From: Spirochaetia bacterium
GTDB lineage: Bacteria; Spirochaetota; Spirochaetia; SZUA-6; Bin103
Length of the DNA stretch: 64,000 nt
Assembly: GCA_965198005.1 (NCBI GenBank)
Contig: CBDAOI010000004.1
Location: 128,001-192,000 of the forward strand
Direction: 5' to 3'
Position numbers and translations under genes: made by a program. The notes under the pieces are model-generated. The model saw only the letters and a list, made by a program, of their open reading frames with translations. It searched no databases and had not been told where the DNA came from. Positions 32,745 through 42,286 of the stretch are shown piece by piece; position 1 is the first letter of the stretch; each line of letters starts with the position of its first letter.

Positions 32745-33048
32745 AGCCGCGCTTCGACGCTGGGCCTGTCACGTCGGCGAGAGCCGACCGGAGGTGCGCA
32801 GGATCATCTGGTTCGGCTCACGGGTGAACGGCACTCCTGCGCCAAGCAGCGACGTCGACGTGTGCGTAGTGCTTTCCGGATCGAGCCGGCCCGTTCGGGA
32901 CCGCGTCGCCGACTACCTTCCGTTCGGATTCCCGGTCGGAATCGACCTGTTTCCCTACACCGAGGCGGAACTGGAGCGGCTCAAGAGCGAGCATCCCCCG
33001 TGGTACGGTGCGATCACCGCCGGCATCGATCTCCCGATACGCCCGTAG
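32713..33048 (+). CDS. Minimal nucleotidyltransferase (MNT); start uncertain (32674 possible)
   Basis: FGSRVNG...SSDVDVCVV (GSx10DxD), IDLFPYT. Confidence 0.85.
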   Translation: MVKSNNQRTVEAALRRWACHVGESRPEVRRIIWFGSRVNGTPAPSSDVDVCVVLSGSSRPVRDRVADYLPFGFPVGIDLFPYTEAELERLKSEHPPWYGAITAGIDLPIRP

Positions 33049-33087
33049 GGATCTGGGCCTGCGCCACGCGGATTGATGCCGCGTGTG

Positions 33088-33981
33088 TTACGGAGCGGGC
33101 TGCGGGGCCTCCGGCTGCTGCGGTTCGTGCCGTTCGCGCGCCCAAGCGCGGGTGAGCTGCGCCAGCTCGCCGGCGGCGGTCGCGCCAACTTCCACGAATC
33201 GAGTAACCCGGCCGAAGCGGAGGTCGAGATACTCGTGCGCCAGCAGGTTGCGCAACGGCGCCAGCGGCTGCAGCCGTCCCGACAGGCTGCTAAAGGCTTC
33301 CAGGGCTTCCAGTTCGCCCAGGATTTGGCCGTAGGTATACGGAACCGGTCCCGGCGCGGCGGCCAGCACGATCTTGCCGATGTCGATCGCGGCGTTGATC
33401 AGCGTTTCCACCCAGCGGTCCAGGTTGCGGCGGAAGTCGCGATCGGAGCGATAGCGCTCCAGCGTGCCATCTCGAAATCGGGCGCGGTCCTCCAACTCGG
33501 ATTCGATGAAATCGACGATCCGTAGCAGCCGGCTGCGGTCGACGGCAGACAGCGACCGACCGCGGTCACGGATGGTGCGGTATTCGCGTTCGGTTTGGAG
33601 GAAATCGATCGCCACCGTGGTGACGGCCAGGAAGTAGCGGGTATACAGCGCCCGATCGCGCATCAGGACCACGTGTCCGCGACCTAGCGCCTCCGCACAC
33701 ACCGTCGCCGGTGCGCGATTCAGCACGAGGAGTTCGACGTTGCGCCCGGTGGCGCGCTCCAGGGCGATCTGGATCTCGGCCTCACTCTCGATCTCCCGTT
33801 CGCGCTCTACTTCGAGTGCTCCGGCCGACGCGCCGTAAACCGCGACGTCGAGGTCTGAGTCGACTCGCAGCCGGCCGGTGGCGGCTGATCCGAACAGGAC
33901 GGCGAAGACCAGTTGCGGGAAACGTTCCAGCTCCGTGCTGATCGTCGCGACGATCTCATCGGTTGCCTGCGGAGGCCCCAT
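33088..33981 (-). CDS. Fused MNT-HEPN (DUF86/HepT-like) protein
   Basis: N-terminal LFGSAATG...SDLDVAV; C-terminal RNLLAHEY (Rx4H) in one 297-aa frame. Confidence 0.82.
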   Translation of the reverse strand: MGPPQATDEIVATISTELERFPQLVFAVLFGSAATGRLRVDSDLDVAVYGASAGALEVEREREIESEAEIQIALERATGRNVELLVLNRAPATVCAEALGRGHVVLMRDRALYTRYFLAVTTVAIDFLQTEREYRTIRDRGRSLSAVDRSRLLRIVDFIESELEDRARFRDGTLERYRSDRDFRRNLDRWVETLINAAIDIGKIVLAAAPGPVPYTYGQILGELEALEAFSSLSGRLQPLAPLRNLLAHEYLDLRFGRVTRFVEVGATAAGELAQLTRAWARERHEPQQPEAPQPAP

Positions 33982-34538
33982 CGTAACGTCCCATCGACCC
34001 CAGGTGTCCTGACCGGCTGCCTACCACACCTCGCCGAGCTCGATCACGAGCGCATCGCCGTCGGGTTTGCGGGCGCACGCGACGGCGATGCGCTCGGCGT
34101 GTTCGCCGGCACTCCGGAACACGCCGTCGGTGAGCTCCGGACACCTCTGATGCGACACGAACGGTGCTGCACTCGCGTAGTGAGCTCCATCGATGATCTC
34201 ATGCCTGCGCCCATCCTCGGGGAACTGCAGGTAGTCCTCGTAGGTGAGCCTGGTTTCCGATCGACGACGACTGCCATGGCCGCGCCCAGCATACCATGAC
34301 TTCTCGACACGCGCGCGCCGGGGGCGGTGACATCATTCGTGCCGATTGATGCCCTTGATCGGGCCGCCGGTGCGGCGTATCGTGGACCCATGAGCAAGCT
34401 GTTCGCAAGCGCTACGCTGGCGGATCGTCGGCTCGCCGATGTCACAGATGGACACCACCGACACGCTGGAGCCTCTGGGCGGCTCCGGCTCCCGCCGCGG
34501 CTCCCGCCGCTGAAGGGCGTGTCCGTCCACCCCGCGCC

Positions 34539-35166
34539 GTGAACGTCGTCGTACTGATCTCCGACACCTTCCGGCGCGACTACCTGGGGTTCTCGGGCAA
34601 CCGGCGCATCTACACGCCGCAACTCGACCGGCTGGCGGCGCGCAGCGTGTTCTTCGAGCAGGCGTACTGCGCCTCGTTCCCGACGGTGCCCGCACGAGCC
34701 GTGGGACCCGCCGCGCCGGGAGCGGGCCCTGGTCTCGCTGCCGGACGTGCCGGCCACGATCCTCGACGCGTTGGGGCTGGCGGTGCCGGCCACCATGCAG
34801 GGTCGTTCGTTCTGGCCGCTGCTGCACGGCCGGGCAAGCGGCCACCGCGACTTCACCCTCTCAACCATGGAGCTGCGCAACCCCGGCGAGACCTCCCGCA
34901 TCGTGGACGACGCCGCGCGGCTGGTGACCGAGTACACGCCGGCGACCCTCACCACCGACCAATGGTCGCTGCTGCTGGCCCCGGCGAGCAGCGCGCACGA
35001 GCTGTAGCACCGGGCCCGCGACCCGCGCCAGCAGCGCAACGTCGCGGCCGACCACCCCGACGTGATCCGCCGCCTGCACGCGGACTACGTCGCGTTCCTG
35101 GAGGCGTTCGGCACCGAGGAACGGCTGCTCGGCCCGCGCCGGGAGTTGCTCCTGCCCGACCGGTAG
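34539..35166 (+). pseudogene. Sulfatase/alkaline-phosphatase-superfamily remnant (N- and C-terminal pieces)
   Basis: NVVVLISDTFRRDYLG...TPQLDRLA...FPTVPAR; DVPATILDALG...QGRSFWPLL in another frame. Confidence 0.78.
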
Positions 35167-35174
35167 GCCGCAGG

Positions 35175-35635
35175 ATGCCACGCATGCCACGCACCGCAGC
35201 ATTGTCCCCACCCCGGCAGCCGCGCGCCGCACCGCGGCCGCCGAACATCCTGTTCATCATGGCCGACCAGCTCGCGGCCTGCCGCCTCGGCTGCTACGGC
35301 AGCGGCGTGCCGTCCACCCCGGTGCTGGACGGGCTGGCGCGGGCCGGCGTGCGCTTCGACCGCTGTTACGCCACCCACCCGGTGTGCGCCCCCTTCATCC
35401 GCCGGCAGGTGGCGGCGCGACCCGACCAGCCGTTCCTGTGCCACGTCTCCTACGTGGATCCGCACGACCCCTACGACCCGCCGCAGCCCTACGCCGCCCG
35501 GTTCGCGGCCGACGACATGCCGCCGGTGCTGCCGGCGGAGTGGCTGGGGCAGGGCTACCGCCTGCTGGAGGAGGCCCAGAGGATCGGTGGATCCCACCGC
35601 GTGTGCGACCGGCCGCAGGTGCTGCGGGCGCTGCA
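35175..35635 (+). pseudogene. Second sulfatase remnant
   Basis: PNILFIMADQL...TPVLDGLA...PVCAP, then jumps to PFLCHVSYVDPHDPYDPP. Confidence 0.78.
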
Positions 35636-36695
35636 GCTCCAGCCGCACCCCGGTGCCCGCCGGTTGGAGGCTGCAGCGCGCCGTCGCCGGCAGGGTGAGC
35701 ACCAGTTCCAGGCCGGCCGCGCCGTACGCCTCCAGCCCCACCGTCACCGCCCACCCGTTGAAGTTGTGCAGCACCAGGTAGCGGTCGCCGAACGGGTGCG
35801 CGCTCACCCGCGTGGGAGCGCGCAACCCGAAGCCGAACGGCGCCAGCAGCGCCGCGCGCAGGTCGGCCAGAGGCAGCAACCCGGGCGGTGGAGCGGGGCC
35901 GCCGCCGGCGAACGCGGGGTCCAGGTCGGTGCGGCTCAACTGGATGCCCAGCACGCGGGCGGCCATGCGCACGTCGCCCAGGTACTTCATCGAGAGGTCC
36001 CAGCCGGCGTCGTCCGCCAGCGCCTCCCACGCCGCGCGCGCGCCGCGGACCGGGCGCAGCCGATCGTGCGCGTCGTAGGGGTCGCGCACGCCGCCGAAGT
36101 CGACCACCGCGGGATAGTCGACGCTGGCTTCGATCACGTACACGTTGGGTCGCTCCAGGAACGCCGGATCCAGCGTGGCGGCGAGCCCGTCGGTCACCAG
36201 CACGGGCAGACTCGAGCCCCGCAGGAAGGCGATCTTGGCCGCGAAGTCGGGGAAGGATCGGGTGTGCAGGGAGAGGAAGAACCCCTCGGCGTCGTCCGGG
36301 AAGTCGCGCGCGGGCCGCAAGGGGATGCCCAGTTGACCGACGTAGTCGAACACGTTGGCGTCGCCGGCGCGCCCGAAGTCCCACGGCTCCGCTCGATTCG
36401 GCCGGGCCGCCACCAGACCGCGCACCGGGTTGGCGCGCACGATGCGGGTGAGCTCCCGGATCGGGCCGGCGTCTCTGAGGATGGCCGGAAACTGGCGGGC
36501 GCCGCCGGGGAACGCCCAGTGGTAGTCCGGACCCAGGCCGCCGTAGGGATGCAGCACCAGCTCGCGCGGCCCGCCGAGCAGGGTCTGGTACGCGGTATCC
36601 AGGGTGTGGGGCGTGTCCTGCAGCGGCATGATCCACGCTCCGCCGAGCCTGCTCCCCGCCAGCTCGTTGATCCAGCCCATCAGGAAGCAGGCGCG
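35630..36695 (-). pseudogene. Fragment of a hypothetical protein, both ends apparently lost
   Basis: Protein-like composition in the middle of ORF 35085..36806; flanked by junctions to unrelated genes. Confidence 0.45.
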
Positions 36696-36696
36696 G

Positions 36697-37074
36697 TAAC
36701 GTGAGCGAAGTCGTACGTGCGGGTCTGCGCCTGCTGGAGGACGAAGAGACGAAACGGCGTGCGTTGCGGGCGGCATTGCTGGCAGGCGAGGCCAGCGGAC
36801 CAGCAATTCCGTTCGACTGGGATGAGTTCATCGCACGCAAGCGGGCTGAGCAACACACCAGTTGAGAGTCCTCTACCGACCGGCCGCGCTCGACGACTTG
36901 GAACAGATCTACGATTTCACGTTCGAAATGTGGGGGCCGGCACAGGCGGAGAACTACCTGGCGCAGCTGCGGTCGGCTGCGGAACGATTGCTGGTGCATC
37001 CGCGCAGTTCGATCGCATGGACATCCGCTCGCGGCTCACCGGCAACGATTGACCGAAGCGACGAGTATCGCTAA
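36697..37074 (+). pseudogene. Second parDE copy: 5'-truncated parD and 3'-disrupted parE
   Basis: Near-identical to 18370-18581; ParE continues IYDFTFEMWGPAQAENYL. Confidence 0.85.
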
Positions 37075-37419
37075 CTCACGCCGTGGACTCGGAGGGCGGC
37101 GCCGTCGATCGGGTCGGCGGCGGCCGAGGCCCGGAGCTGGAGGTCGCGCCCGAGCCGGAGGCTGAGCCGGGGCCGGAGGCGGGGCGCCAAGTGAGGTGAG
37201 CCAGCACCGTCGCTCCGTGCCCCGGGATTGGGGTGCCAGCTACCGTTGGCCGTTGGTCAGTGGGGGAGTAAAGCGCGCCCACCGGCTGGGGAACACATCA
37301 CCGACCGTCGCGACTCACGGGAGCCGGGCACGAGCAGGCTCCAATCGCTCTATCTGATTCCCACCAAACGAAATAAAGTTACCAGCAATACCCGTTCACC
37401 GAGAATTGCTGTACTTCGA

Positions 37420-37559
37420 CGCGGCTGGTTGACCCGGGCTGCAGGTCCGTGCTACGGTCGCACGGTAGAGCCATGAGCTGTCAGATTTCTTCGATGTTTT
37501 TGCCGCGGCTGGTTGATCCGAGTCGCACGTCCGTGGTACGGTCGCACAGTAAAGTCATG
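37420..37559. repeat. Two imperfect 56-bp direct repeats (37420-37475, 37504-37559)
   Basis: cgcggctggttga.ccg.g..gca.gtccgtg.tacggtcgcac.gta.ag.catg. Confidence 0.75.
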
Positions 37560-37869
37560 CACGGCCCCTGTAGGCCCCCACAACAAGTTAGCGCTTATGC
37601 CCCCTGTACCCTTTATAGAGATTAGATAGTTCGCCAGGGACTGCTAGAATCCCAGGCGGGCAAGGCAGCCTACCGGGAGCAACCTTGAGCCCCCCGCGCC
37701 GTAGAGCGCCCGGGGGGGACATGTGCCCCGGTAGGAGTGCCGCGATGGATACCCAGTGAGGAGTAGTGCCAGGTGGGAAGGTGCCAGGAGCACCGGAGCA
37801 CCGGAGCACCAGTACAGGGGTGGAACGACATCGTGGCAGCCGAGCTCCACAATCTCGGGAGGTGACAGG

Positions 37870-39123
37870 ATGTCAACCGAACAGACCGAACAGTGGTTCG
37901 TGGGTATCGATTGGGCGACCAGGCAACATCAGATCTGTGTGCTTGAGGGTGACGGGGAGGTGGTCGCGGAACGGCAGGTGGACCATAGCGGCGCCGGCAT
38001 CGCCGACTTGTGCGCGTGGTTGCACGAGCTATCGGGCGGGCACCCGGAGCGCGTGCACGCGGCGATCGAGATGCCGCATGGCGCGGTGGTCGAGATGCTG
38101 CTGGAGCGGGAGGTGCAGGTGTACGCGATCAATCCCAAGCAGCTGGATCGATTTCGTGACCGGTTTACGGTGGCCGGCGCCAAGGATGACCGGCGCGACG
38201 CGCGGGTGTTGGCAGACTCGCTGCGCACCGACCGCCGCAGCTTTCGTCAGTTGCAGGTGCAGGCACCGCCGGTGATCGAGTTGCGGGAATGGTCGCGCCT
38301 GACTGCCGAGTTGCAGGAGGAACGCAACGGGCTGATCAATCGCATGCGCGAGCAACTGCGCCGCTACTACCCGCAGCTGATCGAGCTGGGCGGTGACCTC
38401 GGCGCGGGCTGGGTTCTGGAGTTGTGGGAGAAGGCGCCGACGCCGGCGGAGGCAGCGCGGGTCCGGAAGGCGTCGGTCGCGGCCATCCTGAAGCGCAACC
38501 GCATCCGGCGCCACGCTGCTGCCGGTGTGCTGGGCATCCTGCGGCAGCAGCCGCTTGAGGTGGGCCGCGGGACGATAGCGGCGGCTACGGCGCACATCGC
38601 GAGCGTGATCGCCCGGCTGAAGCTGGTCGACCAGCAACTCAAACAGGCGCACAGCCGGCTCGACGAACTGCTGGCCGAGATTGTGGCCGACGACGACTCG
38701 GGTGAACCAGAAGAGCGGCGTGACGCCGTCATCCTGCGTTCGATGCCCGGTGTCGGTCGGATCGTGCTCGCCACGCTGCTGGCCGAAGCCTCACAGCCTC
38801 TGGCTGAGCGAGACTACCACAGGTTGCGGATTCTGACCGGGGTGGCGCCGGTGACCAAGCGGTCGGGGAAGAGTTGCCAGGTGAGCATGCGCCGGGCCTG
38901 CAACCAGCGGCTGAGCAACGCGATGTATCACTGGGCGCGGGTGGCGATCCAGCACGATCCGGTGAGTCGGGAGCGGTATGCGGCGCTGCGCGCGCGCGGG
39001 CAGCGCCATGGCCGGGCGCTGCGTACGGTCGCGGACCGGTTGCTCGCGGTGGCGTGCGCGATGCTGCGTGACCGCACGCAGTTTGATCCACAGCACCGGG
39101 CTCCGCGACCGCTGACCGCCTGA
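37870..39123 (+). mobile_element. IS110-family transposase/recombinase, intact ORF
   Basis: N-terminal DEDD RuvC-like motifs (GIDWA, AIE, KDDRRDA); C-terminal SMPGVG, GVAPVTKRSGK. Confidence 0.93.
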
Positions 39124-39290
39124 TGGGGGAAGGTGGGCCGGGCGCGGGAAGCGTCGTCCCCGCCGCTCACGGGAGCGACCGGAGACCCGGCAGGAGGCGC
39201 GGTGAGACTGCTCGGCGCGAACCGGCACCGGTGCACGGAAATCCGAACTTTTGACCTGTTACGTAACGGAGCGTAACGGGAAGGAGAGCA

Positions 39291-39578
39291 GTGGCGGTAA
39301 GTAACGCGGAACGACAACGGCGCTATCGAGAGCGCCGCAAGGCAGCGCAGCCCCGGGTGCAGTACCGCAGGCCGCAAGACCGCAGGTCCCGACCGCAGCG
39401 CTGGCAGGATGCGGTGGGCACCCTGCTCGACCTCCAGGGTGAGTATCAAGCGTGGCTCGACCACTTGCCCGACAGTCTCCAGGAGTCCGCGGTCGCACAG
39501 CGGCTGGAGGCGATGTGCGGGCTTGATCTTGCCGAACTGGAGAGCGTCGAGCCGCCGCGCGGGTATGGGCGCGAATGA
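39291..39578 (+). CDS. Small conserved-looking hypothetical protein directly downstream of IS110
   Basis: RBS aggag; SNAERQRRYRER basic helix; PPRGYGRE C-terminus. Confidence 0.65.
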   Translation: MAVSNAERQRRYRERRKAAQPRVQYRRPQDRRSRPQRWQDAVGTLLDLQGEYQAWLDHLPDSLQESAVAQRLEAMCGLDLAELESVEPPRGYGRE

Positions 39579-40021
39579 GGGGGGCTCTGCAGCCCGCACC
39601 TCGCGTCGTTCCTGACCTGCAAGCGCTGATCAGTGCCGGTCTCGGATTGATGTTCGAGGTGGCACACGGGAGCCGGGTGGCGGACCGCGCGGCGTCAGCG
39701 GTGTCAGCGGTGGTAGGAAACGGCTTTGACGGGCATTTTGCGGGATTCCGGGGGGTACTGGGTTTGGAAGGCCGTCAGGGGGCCGCTATGAGGCCGACGC
39801 GGACGCCGCCGAGCGGCGGCTGCCGGCCAATCGGCGGTGAAACGGGATCGTGGCGGCGACTCGACCGGCAGCCGCGCGGCAGGCAGCCGGCTTGGAACAG
39901 CAGCCCGACGACCGCACGCGGCGGGGCCTTCGATTGCTGGTCCAGGTGAGAGCCGGGGTGAGCGGTGTCGGCACGGCTTTGACGGGCATTTTGCGGGATT
40001 CCGGGGGGTACCCTGGGGTAT

Positions 40022-41937
40022 GAGCGCCAGGCTAACTGGCATATGACAGAGGGTGAAAGTCCCTCGGAACGAAGGAGCAGCCAATCCACGTTTCTCCGCG
40101 AGCCGTGCGTTGGCACCTGCGAGGGTGCAGGCGAAGCGTCGGCAGCGGTGCGTGCGGGCAGAGTTATGGAGCGCCGCAAAATACGACATCTGGAGTGCCG
40201 AGACTCTGTACTCGGTCGAAGGCAACACCGGTCGAGCCAGTATGGTGAGGATCGACCGGGCTCCACGGCGTCGAAGAACTCAGGCACGTACGTACGTCAT
40301 ATACCGGGACCTGGGAGGTCTTCGGGTCGTCCCGGCGAGTCGTCGCCGGGACCGCGGAGGGAAGGCGTGAGGCTGGACCAAAGATGAACGACCCGAAGGA
40401 GTCGGACATGGGCATAGTAGCGGCGAAGCCGGCGAACAAGGGAGCGCAAGCGACTGCGGAGACGGTGGAGCGAAGGCCCATGACCAACGGGAATTCGCAA
40501 GGTCAAAGCACGGGCCGGACGCAGAGTCGGGCAACCGTGACACAGGCGGCCGAGCGGATACGGCAATTCGTAAAGAGAGAACCGCAGGAGAAACTCACTG
40601 CGCTGCTGCACCACGTGACGCCGGAAGCGCTGCGGGTGGCCTATTACGCGCTGAAGCGTGAAGCGGCCCCGGGGGTGGACGGGATGACGTGGCGGGAGTA
40701 CGAGACGGGGTTGGAAGTGCGCTTGCACGACCTGCACCGGCGAGTACACACAGGAGCGTACCGAGCGACCCCGGTACGGCGGGTCAACATCGACAAGCCG
40801 GACGGAGGCACACGACCGCTGGGGGTGGCCGCGCTGGAGGACAAGATCGTCCAGAAGGCCGTGGTGGATGTGATCCTGACACCGATCTATGAGGAGGAAT
40901 TTCTCGGGATCAGCTATGGGTTTCGACCGGGGCGCGGGGCACACGATGCGTTGGACGCACTGGCCTACGCCATCGAACGGCGCAAAGTGAACTGGATATT
41001 GGACGCGGACATTCGCGGCTACTTCGATTCGATCTCGCGGGACTGGTTGATCAGATTCCTGGAGCATCGGATTGGAGATCGGCGGGTGCTGCGGCTGATA
41101 AAGAAGTGGCTGCGCGCTGGGGTACTGGAAGAAGGCCGACAGATCGACGCGGGGCGGGGTACAGCGCAAGGGTCGGTGATTTCACCGATGCTCGCGAATA
41201 TATACTTGCACTACGTGTTGGACCTGTGGGTCACCAAGAAGTGGCGGCCGCAGGAGGCGCGCGGAGACATGATCATAGTGCGCTACGCAGATGACTATGT
41301 CGCCGGGTTCGAGCATCGTGACGATGCGGAACGCTTCCTGCGGGAACTGAAGGAGCGATTCAGAGGCTTCGAGCTGGAACTGAACGCCGACAAGACCCGA
41401 CTCCTCGAGTTTGGACGGTATGCCGAAAGGAACCGCCGAGCACGTGGGGAAGGGCGACCGGAGACGTTCGACTTTCTGGGTTTCACGCATTATTGCAGGA
41501 AGGACAGGAAAGGACGCTTCGGGCTGGGGCGGAAGCCAATTCGGAAGCGGATGAATCGTACGCTGAAGAGGATCAAGATCGAGCTCCGCAGACGAATGCA
41601 TGATGACGTGATGGAAACCGGGCGCTGGCTGGGACGGGTACTGCGCGGATGGCTCAACTACTACGCGGTACCCACCAGCTACCGCTATCTGCACCGATTC
41701 GTGTGGCGTCTGCGAGGAATCTGGGTAAAGATTCTACGCCGGAGGTCCCAGAAGGACCGATTCTCCTGGGCTTGGATGCTGGCGATCAGCATCAAGCTGT
41801 GGCCCCAACCCCGAATCGTACACTCATGGCCGGACCGGCGATTTGCCGTCAACCACCGAAGGTAGGAGCCGGATGGTTTAACGACCACGTCCGGATCTGT
41901 GCGGGGGGCGCCGGGTAACCGGCGTTCCTACCGCGCC
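40022..41937 (+). mobile_element. Group II intron, copy 1 (1,916 nt; resembles bacterial class E)
   Basis: RT ORF followed by domain V (gagccggatg...cacgtccggatc) and domain VI; ends defined by the empty site at 44541/44542. Confidence 0.92.
40384..41865 (+). CDS. ltrA: Group II intron reverse transcriptase/maturase, no endonuclease domain
   Basis: APGVDG, KPDGGTRPLG, SYGFRPGR, LDADI, QGSVISPMLANIYLH, RYADD, FDFLGFT, LRGWLNYY. Confidence 0.95.
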   Translation: MNDPKESDMGIVAAKPANKGAQATAETVERRPMTNGNSQGQSTGRTQSRATVTQAAERIRQFVKREPQEKLTALLHHVTPEALRVAYYALKREAAPGVDGMTWREYETGLEVRLHDLHRRVHTGAYRATPVRRVNIDKPDGGTRPLGVAALEDKIVQKAVVDVILTPIYEEEFLGISYGFRPGRGAHDALDALAYAIERRKVNWILDADIRGYFDSISRDWLIRFLEHRIGDRRVLRLIKKWLRAGVLEEGRQIDAGRGTAQGSVISPMLANIYLHYVLDLWVTKKWRPQEARGDMIIVRYADDYVAGFEHRDDAERFLRELKERFRGFELELNADKTRLLEFGRYAERNRRARGEGRPETFDFLGFTHYCRKDRKGRFGLGRKPIRKRMNRTLKRIKIELRRRMHDDVMETGRWLGRVLRGWLNYYAVPTSYRYLHRFVWRLRGIWVKILRRRSQKDRFSWAWMLAISIKLWPQPRIVHSWPDRRFAVNHRR

Positions 41938-42286
41938 CTCCCTGGGTTTGGAAGGCCGTCAGGGGGCCGCTATGAGGCCGACGCGGACGCCGAGCGGCCC
42001 GCTGCCGGCCAATCGGCGGTGAATGCCGGCCCTGAACGGGTCCGAGTGCCGGGATCGTCGGCGTAGCGGCGCGCATGCTGGCGCGCGGGCGGCGAACTCG
42101 ACCGGCAGCCGCGCGGCAGGCAGCCGGCTTGGAACAGCAACCCGACGACCGCACGCGGCGGGGCCTTCGATTGCTGGTCCAGGTGGGAGCCGGGGTGGCG
42201 GACCGCGCGGCGTCAGCGGTGTCAGCGGTGGTGGGAAACGGCTTTGACGGGCACTTTGCGGGATTCCGGGGGGTACCCTGGGGTAT

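Noticed and set aside
34539-36704. 721-aa ORF as a single protein
   Set aside because: Chimera of two sulfatase remnants, out-of-frame sequence and the antisense of another gene
40043-40387. Short ORFs repeated before each RT gene
   Set aside because: They lie within intron RNA domains I-III and recur only because the intron is repeated
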